NCBI GenBank assembly: GCA_027339635.1
Contig: DAHWNZ010000004.1
Coordinates: forward strand, 12,348-76,347
Origin: Candidatus Dormiibacterota bacterium
Lineage (GTDB): Bacteria > Chloroflexota > Dormibacteria > Aeolococcales > Bog-877
Direction of reading: 5' to 3'
Length of the DNA stretch: 64,000 bases
The notes beneath the pieces were generated by a model that saw only the letters and a program-made list of their open reading frames with translations, made no database searches and was not told the DNA's origin. Below are positions 27,824 to 35,792 of this stretch, piece after piece. Made by a program: the position numbers and the translations under genes. Position 1 is the stretch's first letter; the number at the start of each line of letters is the position of its first letter.

Positions 27824-27876
27824 GCCGGGACAACCCCTGTGCCCTGCTCCTGCTGGCGGGTGGCCGGAGCCGTCGG

Positions 27877-28464
27877 ATGGGCCAGGACAAACCGTCGATC
27901 CCCTTTCCCGCCCCCACCGACCCTCCGCTGATCGCTCGAGTGCACTCCATCCTCTGCCCGATCACCGGTCCCTGCCTCATCGCCGGGCCATCGTCCTTCG
28001 GCCTGGGGTGCCGGGTGGTCGCCGACTGCCCCGACATCCCTGGTCCTCTGGGCGGCCTGATCGCGGGGCTTGAAGCTTCCCCGGCGGAACTGGTCCTGGC
28101 CTGCGCCGCGGACACGCCCTTCCCCGTGTCGCGACTGGCCGAGGAACTGATCCGTCTGGCCCGAGCCAGAGAAGGTGCCCCAGCGGTCGCGTGCCTGCGG
28201 GACGGGTGGCTGGAGCCCCTCTTCGCCGTATACCGCAGGAGTGCTGCCGCCGGGCTTCGGAAGGCCGCCGAGCAGACCAACCCCCATCGCGGCCCGGCGC
28301 TCCGCTCTGCCCTCGCCAACCTGGAACCGCTGACAGTGGCAGAGGGCAGATGGCGCCTTTTCGACCCCGAAGCGTCATCATTCCAGAGCTGCAACACCCC
28401 AGAGGAGCTAACCCAGGCAGCCGCCCGGGCAGCTGGGGAACAAACATCAGGAGGAATCCCTTGA
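27877..28464 (+). CDS. mobA: Molybdenum cofactor guanylyltransferase MobA (true start probably upstream, non-canonical)
   Basis: Motif LLLAGGRSRRMGQDK straddles the only canonical start (ATG 27877). ACAADTPF, LEPLFAVY. Confidence 0.7.
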   Translation: MGQDKPSIPFPAPTDPPLIARVHSILCPITGPCLIAGPSSFGLGCRVVADCPDIPGPLGGLIAGLEASPAELVLACAADTPFPVSRLAEELIRLARAREGAPAVACLRDGWLEPLFAVYRRSAAAGLRKAAEQTNPHRGPALRSALANLEPLTVAEGRWRLFDPEASSFQSCNTPEELTQAAARAAGEQTSGGIP

Positions 28465-28724
28465 ACGCCTGGTTCGATCGCTACCTGAAGGCCCTCGGCG
28501 CCGGTGACACAGTGCTGCGGCCGGAGGAGGCAAAGCTGGTGCTGGACCTCGCCGGCGACGTCGCCCACACGTCCGGCGCTCGCCAGTTCGCACCGCTCGC
28601 GGCCTACCTGGCGGGCAGAGCGGCTGCCGGGTTGGCCCGCGAGGGGCGCCTGAAGGTGCTCCGGGAGGCGCGCTCAGCGGTGGTCAGCGCGGGATCGGCG
28701 GGAGAGGACCTGGAGCTGGATTAG
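28461..28724 (+). CDS. DUF6457-like small protein
   Basis: SD AGGAGGA at 28448-28454. TTG start overlaps the mobA stop (TTGA). LVLDLAGDVAHTSGARQFAPLAAYLAGRAAAG, typical mobA neighbour. Confidence 0.6.
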   Translation: MNAWFDRYLKALGAGDTVLRPEEAKLVLDLAGDVAHTSGARQFAPLAAYLAGRAAAGLAREGRLKVLREARSAVVSAGSAGEDLELD

Positions 28725-29965
28725 CGCCCGAGCGGGATCACCTCGACCACGGCGCCCCGAGGCATACTCACGCCCTTGGCGGGCAAGACGAGCAGGCAAT
28801 CGGCGTGGGCCAAGGAGATGGTGGCCCCACTGCTCTGATTGCCGGCGACCCTGACCCCGGGGATCTTTCCGGGCCGAGCTTTCAGCGTGCCCCGGTGGAA
28901 CGTCTCCAGCCCCTCCGGCTTTTCCACCTCCTCCAGCAACTCGGCCGGGTGGGTGGGCGGTTCCGGATGGGCTGATCCCTGCATCGCCAGCAGGGCTGGA
29001 ACCCCGAAGAGGGTGAAGGTGACACAGGCCGACACGGGATTGCCCGGCAGCCCCACGAAGACCTTGTCGGCCAGGGTGCCGAACGCTATCGGGCGGCCCG
29101 GCCGCATCGCCACCCTCCAGAACTGCAGGCTCCCGAGCTGCTCCACGGTGGCGCGAACGTGGTCGTGGTCTCCCACGCTCATCCCCCCCACCCCGACCAG
29201 GACATCGGCCTCCGCGGCTGCGCTGAGCAGGGTGTCTGTGACCTGCCCAGGGTCGTCCGTCGCCGTGCGCCGGGAGACCAATTCCCCCCCGGCGGCGGCT
29301 ATCAGGCCCTCCAACGCCGGGCCCGCGGTGTCGTAGATCTCCCCCGGGCCGAGCTCGCTGCCCGGCGGGCGGATCTCGTCTCCCGTCGTGATAAGAGCCA
29401 CCCGGGGTCTCGTCCCGACCACCAGAAATGGTGCGCCCGAAGCCGCCAGGGGCGCCAGGTCCGTGGGCCGGACCCTGTGCCCCGCCGGCAGCACCGCCTG
29501 CCCCGGGGACAGGTCCTCGCCGGCCCGGCGCACCGCGTTGCCTCGGCGCGGCCGCTCGTGGATCAGGACCTCCACGGTACCCCGATCGGTCCACTCGTAG
29601 GGAACCACCGAGTCGGCACCCTCCGGCAGGGGGGCTCCCGTCATCACCTTGGCACAGGTGCCAGGGCTTATGCGCACCGCTCCCGGGGCCATCCCGGCCC
29701 TCATCTCGCCCTGGACGGGCAGGCGGCAGGGAACTTGAGGCACATCCGCGGCCCGCACCGCGTAGCCGTCCATCGCGCTGTTGGGGAATGGCGGCAGGAG
29801 CACCCGGGCCACGACCGCGGTCGCGAGCACCCTTCCCGAAGCCCGGCCGTCAATCGGTACCTGCTCTGCGGGAAGGCGGGGCACCGCCTCTAGCATCTCC
29901 CGCCGGGCGGTGGCGACGGAGAGCGGTCCGCGCACGACCGCCTGCTGGTCGGCCGAAGCCGTCAT
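28721..29965 (-). CDS. moeA: Molybdopterin molybdenumtransferase MoeA
   Basis: PFPNSAMDGYAVRA, GGMSVGDHD, LPGNPVSA. ATG 29965 is preceded by GGGAGAAGGG. Confidence 0.88.
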   Translation of the reverse strand: MTASADQQAVVRGPLSVATARREMLEAVPRLPAEQVPIDGRASGRVLATAVVARVLLPPFPNSAMDGYAVRAADVPQVPCRLPVQGEMRAGMAPGAVRISPGTCAKVMTGAPLPEGADSVVPYEWTDRGTVEVLIHERPRRGNAVRRAGEDLSPGQAVLPAGHRVRPTDLAPLAASGAPFLVVGTRPRVALITTGDEIRPPGSELGPGEIYDTAGPALEGLIAAAGGELVSRRTATDDPGQVTDTLLSAAAEADVLVGVGGMSVGDHDHVRATVEQLGSLQFWRVAMRPGRPIAFGTLADKVFVGLPGNPVSACVTFTLFGVPALLAMQGSAHPEPPTHPAELLEEVEKPEGLETFHRGTLKARPGKIPGVRVAGNQSSGATISLAHADCLLVLPAKGVSMPRGAVVEVIPLGR

Positions 29966-29999
29966 CCCTTCTCCCTGACCGGCTGGCTGAGCCGCCGGC

Positions 30000-31124
30000 T
30001 CAGAGGTTGCCCCTGGCGTCCTGCTCCTGCTCGATCGCCTGGAACAGGGCTTGGAAGTTGCCCTTACCAAAGCCACGGCAGCCCTTCCGCTGGATCACCT
30101 CGAAGAACAAGGTCGGCCTGTCCTCGACGGGCCTGGTGAAGATCTGCAACAGGTAACCGTGCTCATCCCTGTCGACCAGAATGTTCAGCTGGCGCAGCCG
30201 CTCAAGGTCCTCATCGATGTCCCCCACCCTGTCGCCCAAGCTGTCGTAGTAGGCCTTGGGGGCGGCCAGGAACTCGGCCCCCTGCTGCCGCAGCCAGCCT
30301 ACCGTCTCCACGATGTCCGTGGTGTGAAGGGCTATGTGCTGCACCCCGGGGCCGTGGTAATAGTCCAGGTATTCGTCTATCTGGGACCGCTTCAGCCCCT
30401 TGGCGGGCTCGTTGATTGGAAAGGTGATGCTGCCACCCCGGCCCCCCCTGACGACCTTGCTCCGCAGGGCCGAGTACTGGGTTGCGATGTCACTCTCATC
30501 GAACTCCTGGAACACGTCGAAACCGAAGATTCGGTTGTACCAGTCGACCCACTCGTCCATGCGATGGAGCTCGACGTTGCAGACGCAGTGATCCACCACC
30601 TCAAGCCCAGCCCCGGACCCTCCTTTGAACTCGGCGCGATACCCGGGCAGGAACGCCCCCTGATATTCGGCGCGCTCCACGAAGGTGTGCACCGTGTCGC
30701 CGAAGGTCTTGACCGTCGCCAGCCGCACGGCGCCGCTGCCGTCCTCCACCACATGGGGCTCAGCCACCGAGCGGGCTCCCCTATGGACCGCGTCCTGATA
30801 GGCCGAGGTGGCGTCTTCCACCTGAAACGCAAGAGCCCTGACGCCATCTCCGTGGAGTCTTACGTGATCCGCTATCTCGCCCTCGGGGCCAAGCGGGGCG
30901 GTCATGACCAGGTGGACATCCCCCTGGCGCAGAACGTATGACGCCCGATCTCTGACCCCTGTCTCCGGCCCCGAGTAGGCGACCACGTCGAACCCGAAGG
31001 CCGACCGGTAGAAATGGGCAGCCTGACGTGCGTTGCCGACATAGAATTCGATGTGATCGACCCCGTCAAGAAGGGTTTCGCGATACTCAGGAGCCTGAGG
31101 GATCGCCTCAATGTCTGCTTTCAC
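30000..31124 (-). CDS. hppD: 4-hydroxyphenylpyruvate dioxygenase
   Basis: Two VOC-fold halves. VDHIEFYVGNARQAAHFY, GVQHIALHTTDIVETV, LLQIFTRP...FFEVIQRKG. Confidence 0.9.
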   Translation of the reverse strand: MKADIEAIPQAPEYRETLLDGVDHIEFYVGNARQAAHFYRSAFGFDVVAYSGPETGVRDRASYVLRQGDVHLVMTAPLGPEGEIADHVRLHGDGVRALAFQVEDATSAYQDAVHRGARSVAEPHVVEDGSGAVRLATVKTFGDTVHTFVERAEYQGAFLPGYRAEFKGGSGAGLEVVDHCVCNVELHRMDEWVDWYNRIFGFDVFQEFDESDIATQYSALRSKVVRGGRGGSITFPINEPAKGLKRSQIDEYLDYYHGPGVQHIALHTTDIVETVGWLRQQGAEFLAAPKAYYDSLGDRVGDIDEDLERLRQLNILVDRDEHGYLLQIFTRPVEDRPTLFFEVIQRKGCRGFGKGNFQALFQAIEQEQDARGNL

Positions 31125-31432
31125 ATCAGCGCCTCAACTTTCGCAACCCGCGCCCGGTGACCGAGCGGAAGGCAAGTGCCTCACCAGGCTAGGTTAACGC
31201 GCCGGGCCGACTCGTGTGAGCTGGCTCCGCTGCCTGGGATGGGATGCTGGGGACACCGGCCGTCGGCCGAGGCGCCGCGCTGGCGAGGTCGGTCGGCGCG
31301 GCCAGTGATCGACGGACGCTCGACCCCTCCCGGGCACTTCCCGATCCGGGCGCCGTTGGTCCCCGGGAGGTGGATGGGCCAGAGCTGAGTCGCCCGCCGG
31401 CAGCCCGGGGTGGCGGCTCTAATCTATAGGTT

Positions 31433-32026
31433 GTGGAGCGGGCAGCGGCGCAGCGGGCAAATTCGGCACGAAAGCCCTACTGGCGCACCTGCTGGCCGAC
31501 CGCCGATGAGACGACCATCTCCTTCTGCTGTCCTCTCGACGATGGCCCCTGGTTGGTGGGCAGGGCGCTCGATGTCCTGAGGCACCAGGGAGGAGTCGAA
31601 CCGGATCCGGGCGGTCAGCGGTACGTGACCGGCACCAAGAAGGGCGCCCCCCTGATCCTGGGAGAGCCCTTGCGCTGGCATGGGATGCCCGTCGTGATGG
31701 AGGCCTGCCAGGCCAGGGGGCAGGCAACAGGCGAGGTGACCTTCAGGCTGCCCCCCTGGGTGGACATGGCGGAACTCCTTGCCGAGGAGGAGCTGTGGGA
31801 CCTGGTGGACGCTCTGGCGAGCGAGCTTGGCTCACAGTGCGCCGTGATCTCCGACGGCAGGGCGATAGGGTATCCCGACCTCGGTGACGTCGCCCGGGCC
31901 GCGGCCCGCCTCCAGCTCTCTCATCTGGGAGTTCTCGTCCCACCTGGCTGGCTCGGCTTTCTGCGGGCGGGGTCGTTCGCCTACCACACGCTGAAAATGA
32001 GTGAGCTGGTGGTGGTCCTCGAGTGA
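31433..32026 (+). CDS. Hypothetical protein
   Basis: Coding-like third-position bias. No family recognised. Divergent from hppD. Confidence 0.5.
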   Translation: MERAAAQRANSARKPYWRTCWPTADETTISFCCPLDDGPWLVGRALDVLRHQGGVEPDPGGQRYVTGTKKGAPLILGEPLRWHGMPVVMEACQARGQATGEVTFRLPPWVDMAELLAEEELWDLVDALASELGSQCAVISDGRAIGYPDLGDVARAAARLQLSHLGVLVPPGWLGFLRAGSFAYHTLKMSELVVVLE

Positions 32027-32236
32027 CCGACTGCGGCGCCGGGGGTGAAGCGCGAGGGGCCGGCGTGGGCTTGGCCGTCGCCCTCCGGCGGGCGCGGCCT
32101 GCCCGACGATTTTCGAGCTCTTAGGCATCCGGCCCCGGCAGTGCGCTGGGCGATGCCACCCAGCGGCGAGACGGTCCATCCGCCGGGCCTGTGCCGGAGA
32201 TCAGGTGCAGGGAGCCACCAGGCGGACGGTGGGCGG

Positions 32237-32710
32237 TCAAATTACGAAGTAGCCGGCTGTGGTGAAGGCGATCTGGCTCGCCAGCACCGCGGCCAGGAGA
32301 AGGACCAAAGCCGACATGACCCGGGGAAGAGTCCGGGCAGCCGCGCCCGCCCCGAGGAAGGCGGGAATGGCGAGATAGAGCAGTCGCCACCCGTTGACCG
32401 GGCCCTGGACTGAGGCGTTGAACCAGTAGTAGGCGGCCACGATCAGGAGCGCGCACACCGTGAAGTAGCGGGGCGTGGTTCTGGCCTGGGCATTCACGAG
32501 CGCCAGGACAAGCAACAGGGCGAATATGGTCTCCACACTCTGCAGGAAGATCTCGAGGTCGTTGAAGGGCGGCCTGCTGGGCCCCCCCATGCCTGGAAAA
32601 CCGTAGGAGGTGCGCCCCGGAAAGAAGGTGATTGCCCTCAGAAACTGCTGGACGATGGGGACCCTGCCCCAGTGCGACTGGGCCCGCCAGAGGGCCAGAG
32701 GTGTACCCAC
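32237..32710 (-). CDS. Hypothetical membrane protein at the distal end of the cox operon
   Basis: Three to four hydrophobic helices. Starts 58 nt downstream of the coxE stop on the same strand. Confidence 0.55.
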   Translation of the reverse strand: MGTPLALWRAQSHWGRVPIVQQFLRAITFFPGRTSYGFPGMGGPSRPPFNDLEIFLQSVETIFALLLVLALVNAQARTTPRYFTVCALLIVAAYYWFNASVQGPVNGWRLLYLAIPAFLGAGAAARTLPRVMSALVLLLAAVLASQIAFTTAGYFVI

Positions 32711-32768
32711 CTCGGCCCACTGATAGATCGCCGTGACGGCGGGGCCAATGACGCCCCTTCGGCTGCTC

Positions 32769-34040
32769 TCACCTGGGCCCGGTGGCTCCAGCCGAGACTC
32801 CGATCAGGCGTTGGTTCAGGACCGGAGGGTCCCCGCTCTCTCCCCCGCGGATCGCCTGAAGCAGGCTCTGGACGGCGGCCAGGGAGTGGCCGCTGACCAG
32901 GGTGTCGACAAACGGCAGGGCGGCGGCCATTCCCGCCGTGGTGGGTTGGAAGCCACGGCTGGCGGACCGGGGGTTCACCCAAACAATCCGGTTGGCCAGC
33001 AGAGAGAGTCTGCGCATCTGGCGTCCCAGGAGATCGGGGTCCGCGCCCTCCCAACCATCCGAGACTATGACCACCAGCGCTCCCCGGGCCATCCCTCGCC
33101 TCCCATAGTGGTCGTTGAACGACTCCACGGCTGACCCGATCAGCGTGCCGCCGGCCCAGTCTTGGACGGCGGCACCGGCCCGTTGCAGGGCGGCGCTGGG
33201 ATCGCTCGCGGCCAGGGCGTCGGTGACCCTGGTCAACCTGGTGGCGAAGACGAACGTCTCGGCCCGGGCGGCCCGGACGGCACCGTGGAAGAGGGTCAAA
33301 TAGATCCTGGTGTACGGTTCCATTGATCCCGAGACGTCCGCGAGCATCACCAGCCGCCGGGGCCGCCGGGACCGGCGCCGGGCCAGCAGTCGAGCGGGGT
33401 CACCTCCGGTGCGATGGGAATGGCGCAGGGTGTCCCGCAGGTCGACGCGCCCACCGCCGGCCGTTCTGCGCCAGCGCCTTGTCTGCCGCCTGGGAACGTC
33501 GACGGGAAGGCGTCGAACCAACTCCAGGACCGTCTGGAGCTCATCCTCGCTGCAGTCGGCGAAGTCCCTTTCCGCCAGCCTCTCGGCGGCCGCCAGCAGT
33601 CCCAGCGGAAACTCCCTGTCGGCCGGCTCTGAACGTTCTGTCTCAGATTGAGGGGACGACCCGGCCGACCCTTGCACGGGCTGGCCCGCTTCAACAGAAC
33701 CTGGCCCCGGTGTGGGTGGGGGTGGCGTCGTCAGGTCCCCGCGAGGCCCGGCGGGATCCCAGACGCCTCCAAAGATTCGCTGAAGCAGGGCGTCGAAGGT
33801 CACCACCTCGGCCGGGTCGGACGCCAACGTCGCTCGTCCCAGCAGAGTCAGGTCGTCGAGGGAGTGCGGGCGCGCGAGGGAGATCGCCAGCGCAAAGCGC
33901 CCCAGCGTCTCGGGGGTCACCGGCAGCCCCCCGCGGCGCAACTCGTCGCCCAGACGGGCCACGACCTCCGCCAGGCTCACCCTGGAGAGCAGGATCAGGT
34001 CCTGGCGGTTGCCGTCTCCCCTCAGCCTTCCACCACCCAA
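32769..34040 (-). CDS. coxE: VWA-domain CO dehydrogenase maturation factor CoxE
   Basis: MIDAS LADVSGSM, VVIVSDGWEG, RIVWVNP. TTG start overlaps the coxD 3' end by 19 nt (start uncertain). Confidence 0.8.
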   Translation of the reverse strand: MGGGRLRGDGNRQDLILLSRVSLAEVVARLGDELRRGGLPVTPETLGRFALAISLARPHSLDDLTLLGRATLASDPAEVVTFDALLQRIFGGVWDPAGPRGDLTTPPPPTPGPGSVEAGQPVQGSAGSSPQSETERSEPADREFPLGLLAAAERLAERDFADCSEDELQTVLELVRRLPVDVPRRQTRRWRRTAGGGRVDLRDTLRHSHRTGGDPARLLARRRSRRPRRLVMLADVSGSMEPYTRIYLTLFHGAVRAARAETFVFATRLTRVTDALAASDPSAALQRAGAAVQDWAGGTLIGSAVESFNDHYGRRGMARGALVVIVSDGWEGADPDLLGRQMRRLSLLANRIVWVNPRSASRGFQPTTAGMAAALPFVDTLVSGHSLAAVQSLLQAIRGGESGDPPVLNQRLIGVSAGATGPR

Positions 34041-34903
34041 CTGAGCCCACGCTCGCAGGCCGACTCAAGGTCCTCCGAATACTTGAGAACCGACCCCAGA
34101 GTCCTTGCCGCCGCGTCCTGGTCCAAGCGCTCGAGCCCGAGGACCTGCAGTGCTCCGAGCCAGTCGATCGCCTCGGCGACCCCGGGTGGCTTCTGCACCC
34201 GCAGAGAGCGCAGGCGCTCGACGGCCGCGGCCACCTGCTGGGCCAGGTTCTCGCTTGCCTGCGGCACCCGTTTCAAGATGATGGCCACGGTGCGGGCCTG
34301 GCCCGGATAGTCGATCCAGTGATAGAGGCACCGGCGCTTGAGAGCGTCATGAAGATCACGGGTGCGGTTGGATGTCAGGATCACCACCGGCGCCACCGTG
34401 GCTTTCACGGTGCCCAGCTCGGGTATCGAAACGCTGGACTCACCGAGCAACTCCAGCAGGAAGGCTTCGAATTCGTCGTCGGCACGGTCGACCTCGTCGA
34501 TCAGGAGGACGGCCGGCCCCGGGCCGGGGTGCTCCAGTGCCTCCAGCAGGGGTCGAGCGATCAGGTACCGGCGCTGAAACAGGTCCGCCTCCGCCAGATC
34601 CCGACTCTGACTCTCAGCCACCCTTATGGCCAGGAGCTGGCGGGGATAGTTCCACTCGTAAAGCGCCTCTGCCGCATCCACCCCCTCGTGGCACTGGAGC
34701 CTCAGAAACGGCGCCTGCAGCACCTGTGCCAGCGCCTTGGCCGCTTCCGTCTTGCCCACTCCAGGCTCCCCCTCCAAGAGCAGGGGCTGCGGCATCCTCA
34801 CCGCCAGAAAGAGGGCGGTGGCCAGCCCCGGGCCGGCCAGGTAGCCGACCTCCTCAAGGCGCTCGGCCATGGTCTCGACATCCGGGATCACGGTGCTCGC
34901 CAA
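34022..34903 (-). CDS. coxD: MoxR-type AAA+ ATPase CoxD
   Basis: Walker A LLLEGEPGVGKT, Walker B LLIDEVDRA, VILTSNRTR. Confidence 0.85.
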   Translation of the reverse strand: MASTVIPDVETMAERLEEVGYLAGPGLATALFLAVRMPQPLLLEGEPGVGKTEAAKALAQVLQAPFLRLQCHEGVDAAEALYEWNYPRQLLAIRVAESQSRDLAEADLFQRRYLIARPLLEALEHPGPGPAVLLIDEVDRADDEFEAFLLELLGESSVSIPELGTVKATVAPVVILTSNRTRDLHDALKRRCLYHWIDYPGQARTVAIILKRVPQASENLAQQVAAAVERLRSLRVQKPPGVAEAIDWLGALQVLGLERLDQDAAARTLGSVLKYSEDLESACERGLSWVVEG

Positions 34904-34913
34904 GGAAGTCAGG

Positions 34914-35792
34914 TCACGCAGGATCGGCTGCGGGTGGATTCGCCGAAAAAGCCTTGAGGCACCCCGGCCCGCAGAAGTAATAGGTGTGTCCCAGGTGGTC
35001 TAGCTGCAGTGAGGTGGCGACGGCGGCCACCTCCATGCCGCAGATCGGGTCGATCGCCAGCGCCGGGCTTACGACTTGCGCCTCTCCTTGGCCGCGGGGC
35101 CTGAGCGAGATGATCTCCGCCAGGATCGCCACCGCCACCTCATGGGGACCTCGGGCGCGAATGTCCAATCCCGCTGGCGTGTGCACCTGCGCTGCCAGCT
35201 GCGGTGACACTCTGAGGGACGCCACCACCTCCTGCCCCCGTCTGCGGCTGGCCACCAGCGCCACGTAGGGGACACCATGCGTAAGCGCGGCCTCCAGAAT
35301 CTCCTCCTCGCCTTGCCCGTGACTGGCGACCACCAACGCGTCGGCTTCGGCGATGCGCGCCGGGTCCGCCCCCATCATCTGGTATTCGAGGCTCCTGCCG
35401 ACCGCCAGCAGGGCCATCGCGATGGGGCTGGTCCCGTGCACCGCCACGATCGGCGTCGGCAAGACAGGCTCTAGAAAAATCTCCAAGGTCCCCCCAGACG
35501 AACAGGAGTTGATCACATTGACCCGTCCCTGGCGGTCGTCCCCGGGCTCGGGGCTGACGCGCAGCAGGGTCGCGGTCGCGCTCTCCAGGGCCAGCAGGCC
35601 GTGCGTGCGCAGATGGGATTCCACGCAGCTCCCTCCAACGAACCCCTCAATCGTGCCATCGGCGAGCATGAGCGCTTGGTCGCCGGGCTTGGCCGACGTG
35701 GGCCGCTCCGCCGCGACCACGATGGCGCGAACGAATGGAATCCTGTCCCCGCGGAGCTCGGCTTCTCGGCCCAGCAGGGCCTCTGCGGTCAC
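34914..35792 (-). CDS. XdhC/CoxI-family accessory protein fused to a C-terminal YHS (TRASH-type) domain
   Basis: XdhC core (FVRAIVV...GFVGGSCVE; Rossmann IVAVHGTSPIA). C-terminal DPICGMEV...YYFCGPGCLKAF (nt 34917-35051). GTG start overlaps the coxL stop (GTGA). Confidence 0.8.
   Translation of the reverse strand: MTAEALLGREAELRGDRIPFVRAIVVAAERPTSAKPGDQALMLADGTIEGFVGGSCVESHLRTHGLLALESATATLLRVSPEPGDDRQGRVNVINSCSSGGTLEIFLEPVLPTPIVAVHGTSPIAMALLAVGRSLEYQMMGADPARIAEADALVVASHGQGEEEILEAALTHGVPYVALVASRRRGQEVVASLRVSPQLAAQVHTPAGLDIRARGPHEVAVAILAEIISLRPRGQGEAQVVSPALAIDPICGMEVAAVATSLQLDHLGHTYYFCGPGCLKAFSANPPAADPA

Noticed and set aside
33323-34957. 544-aa ORF on the + strand across coxE/coxD
   Set aside because: It is antisense to genes with clear VWA and AAA+ motifs. 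Its composition is Arg/Pro/Gly-rich with no motifs, so it is a shadow ORF.
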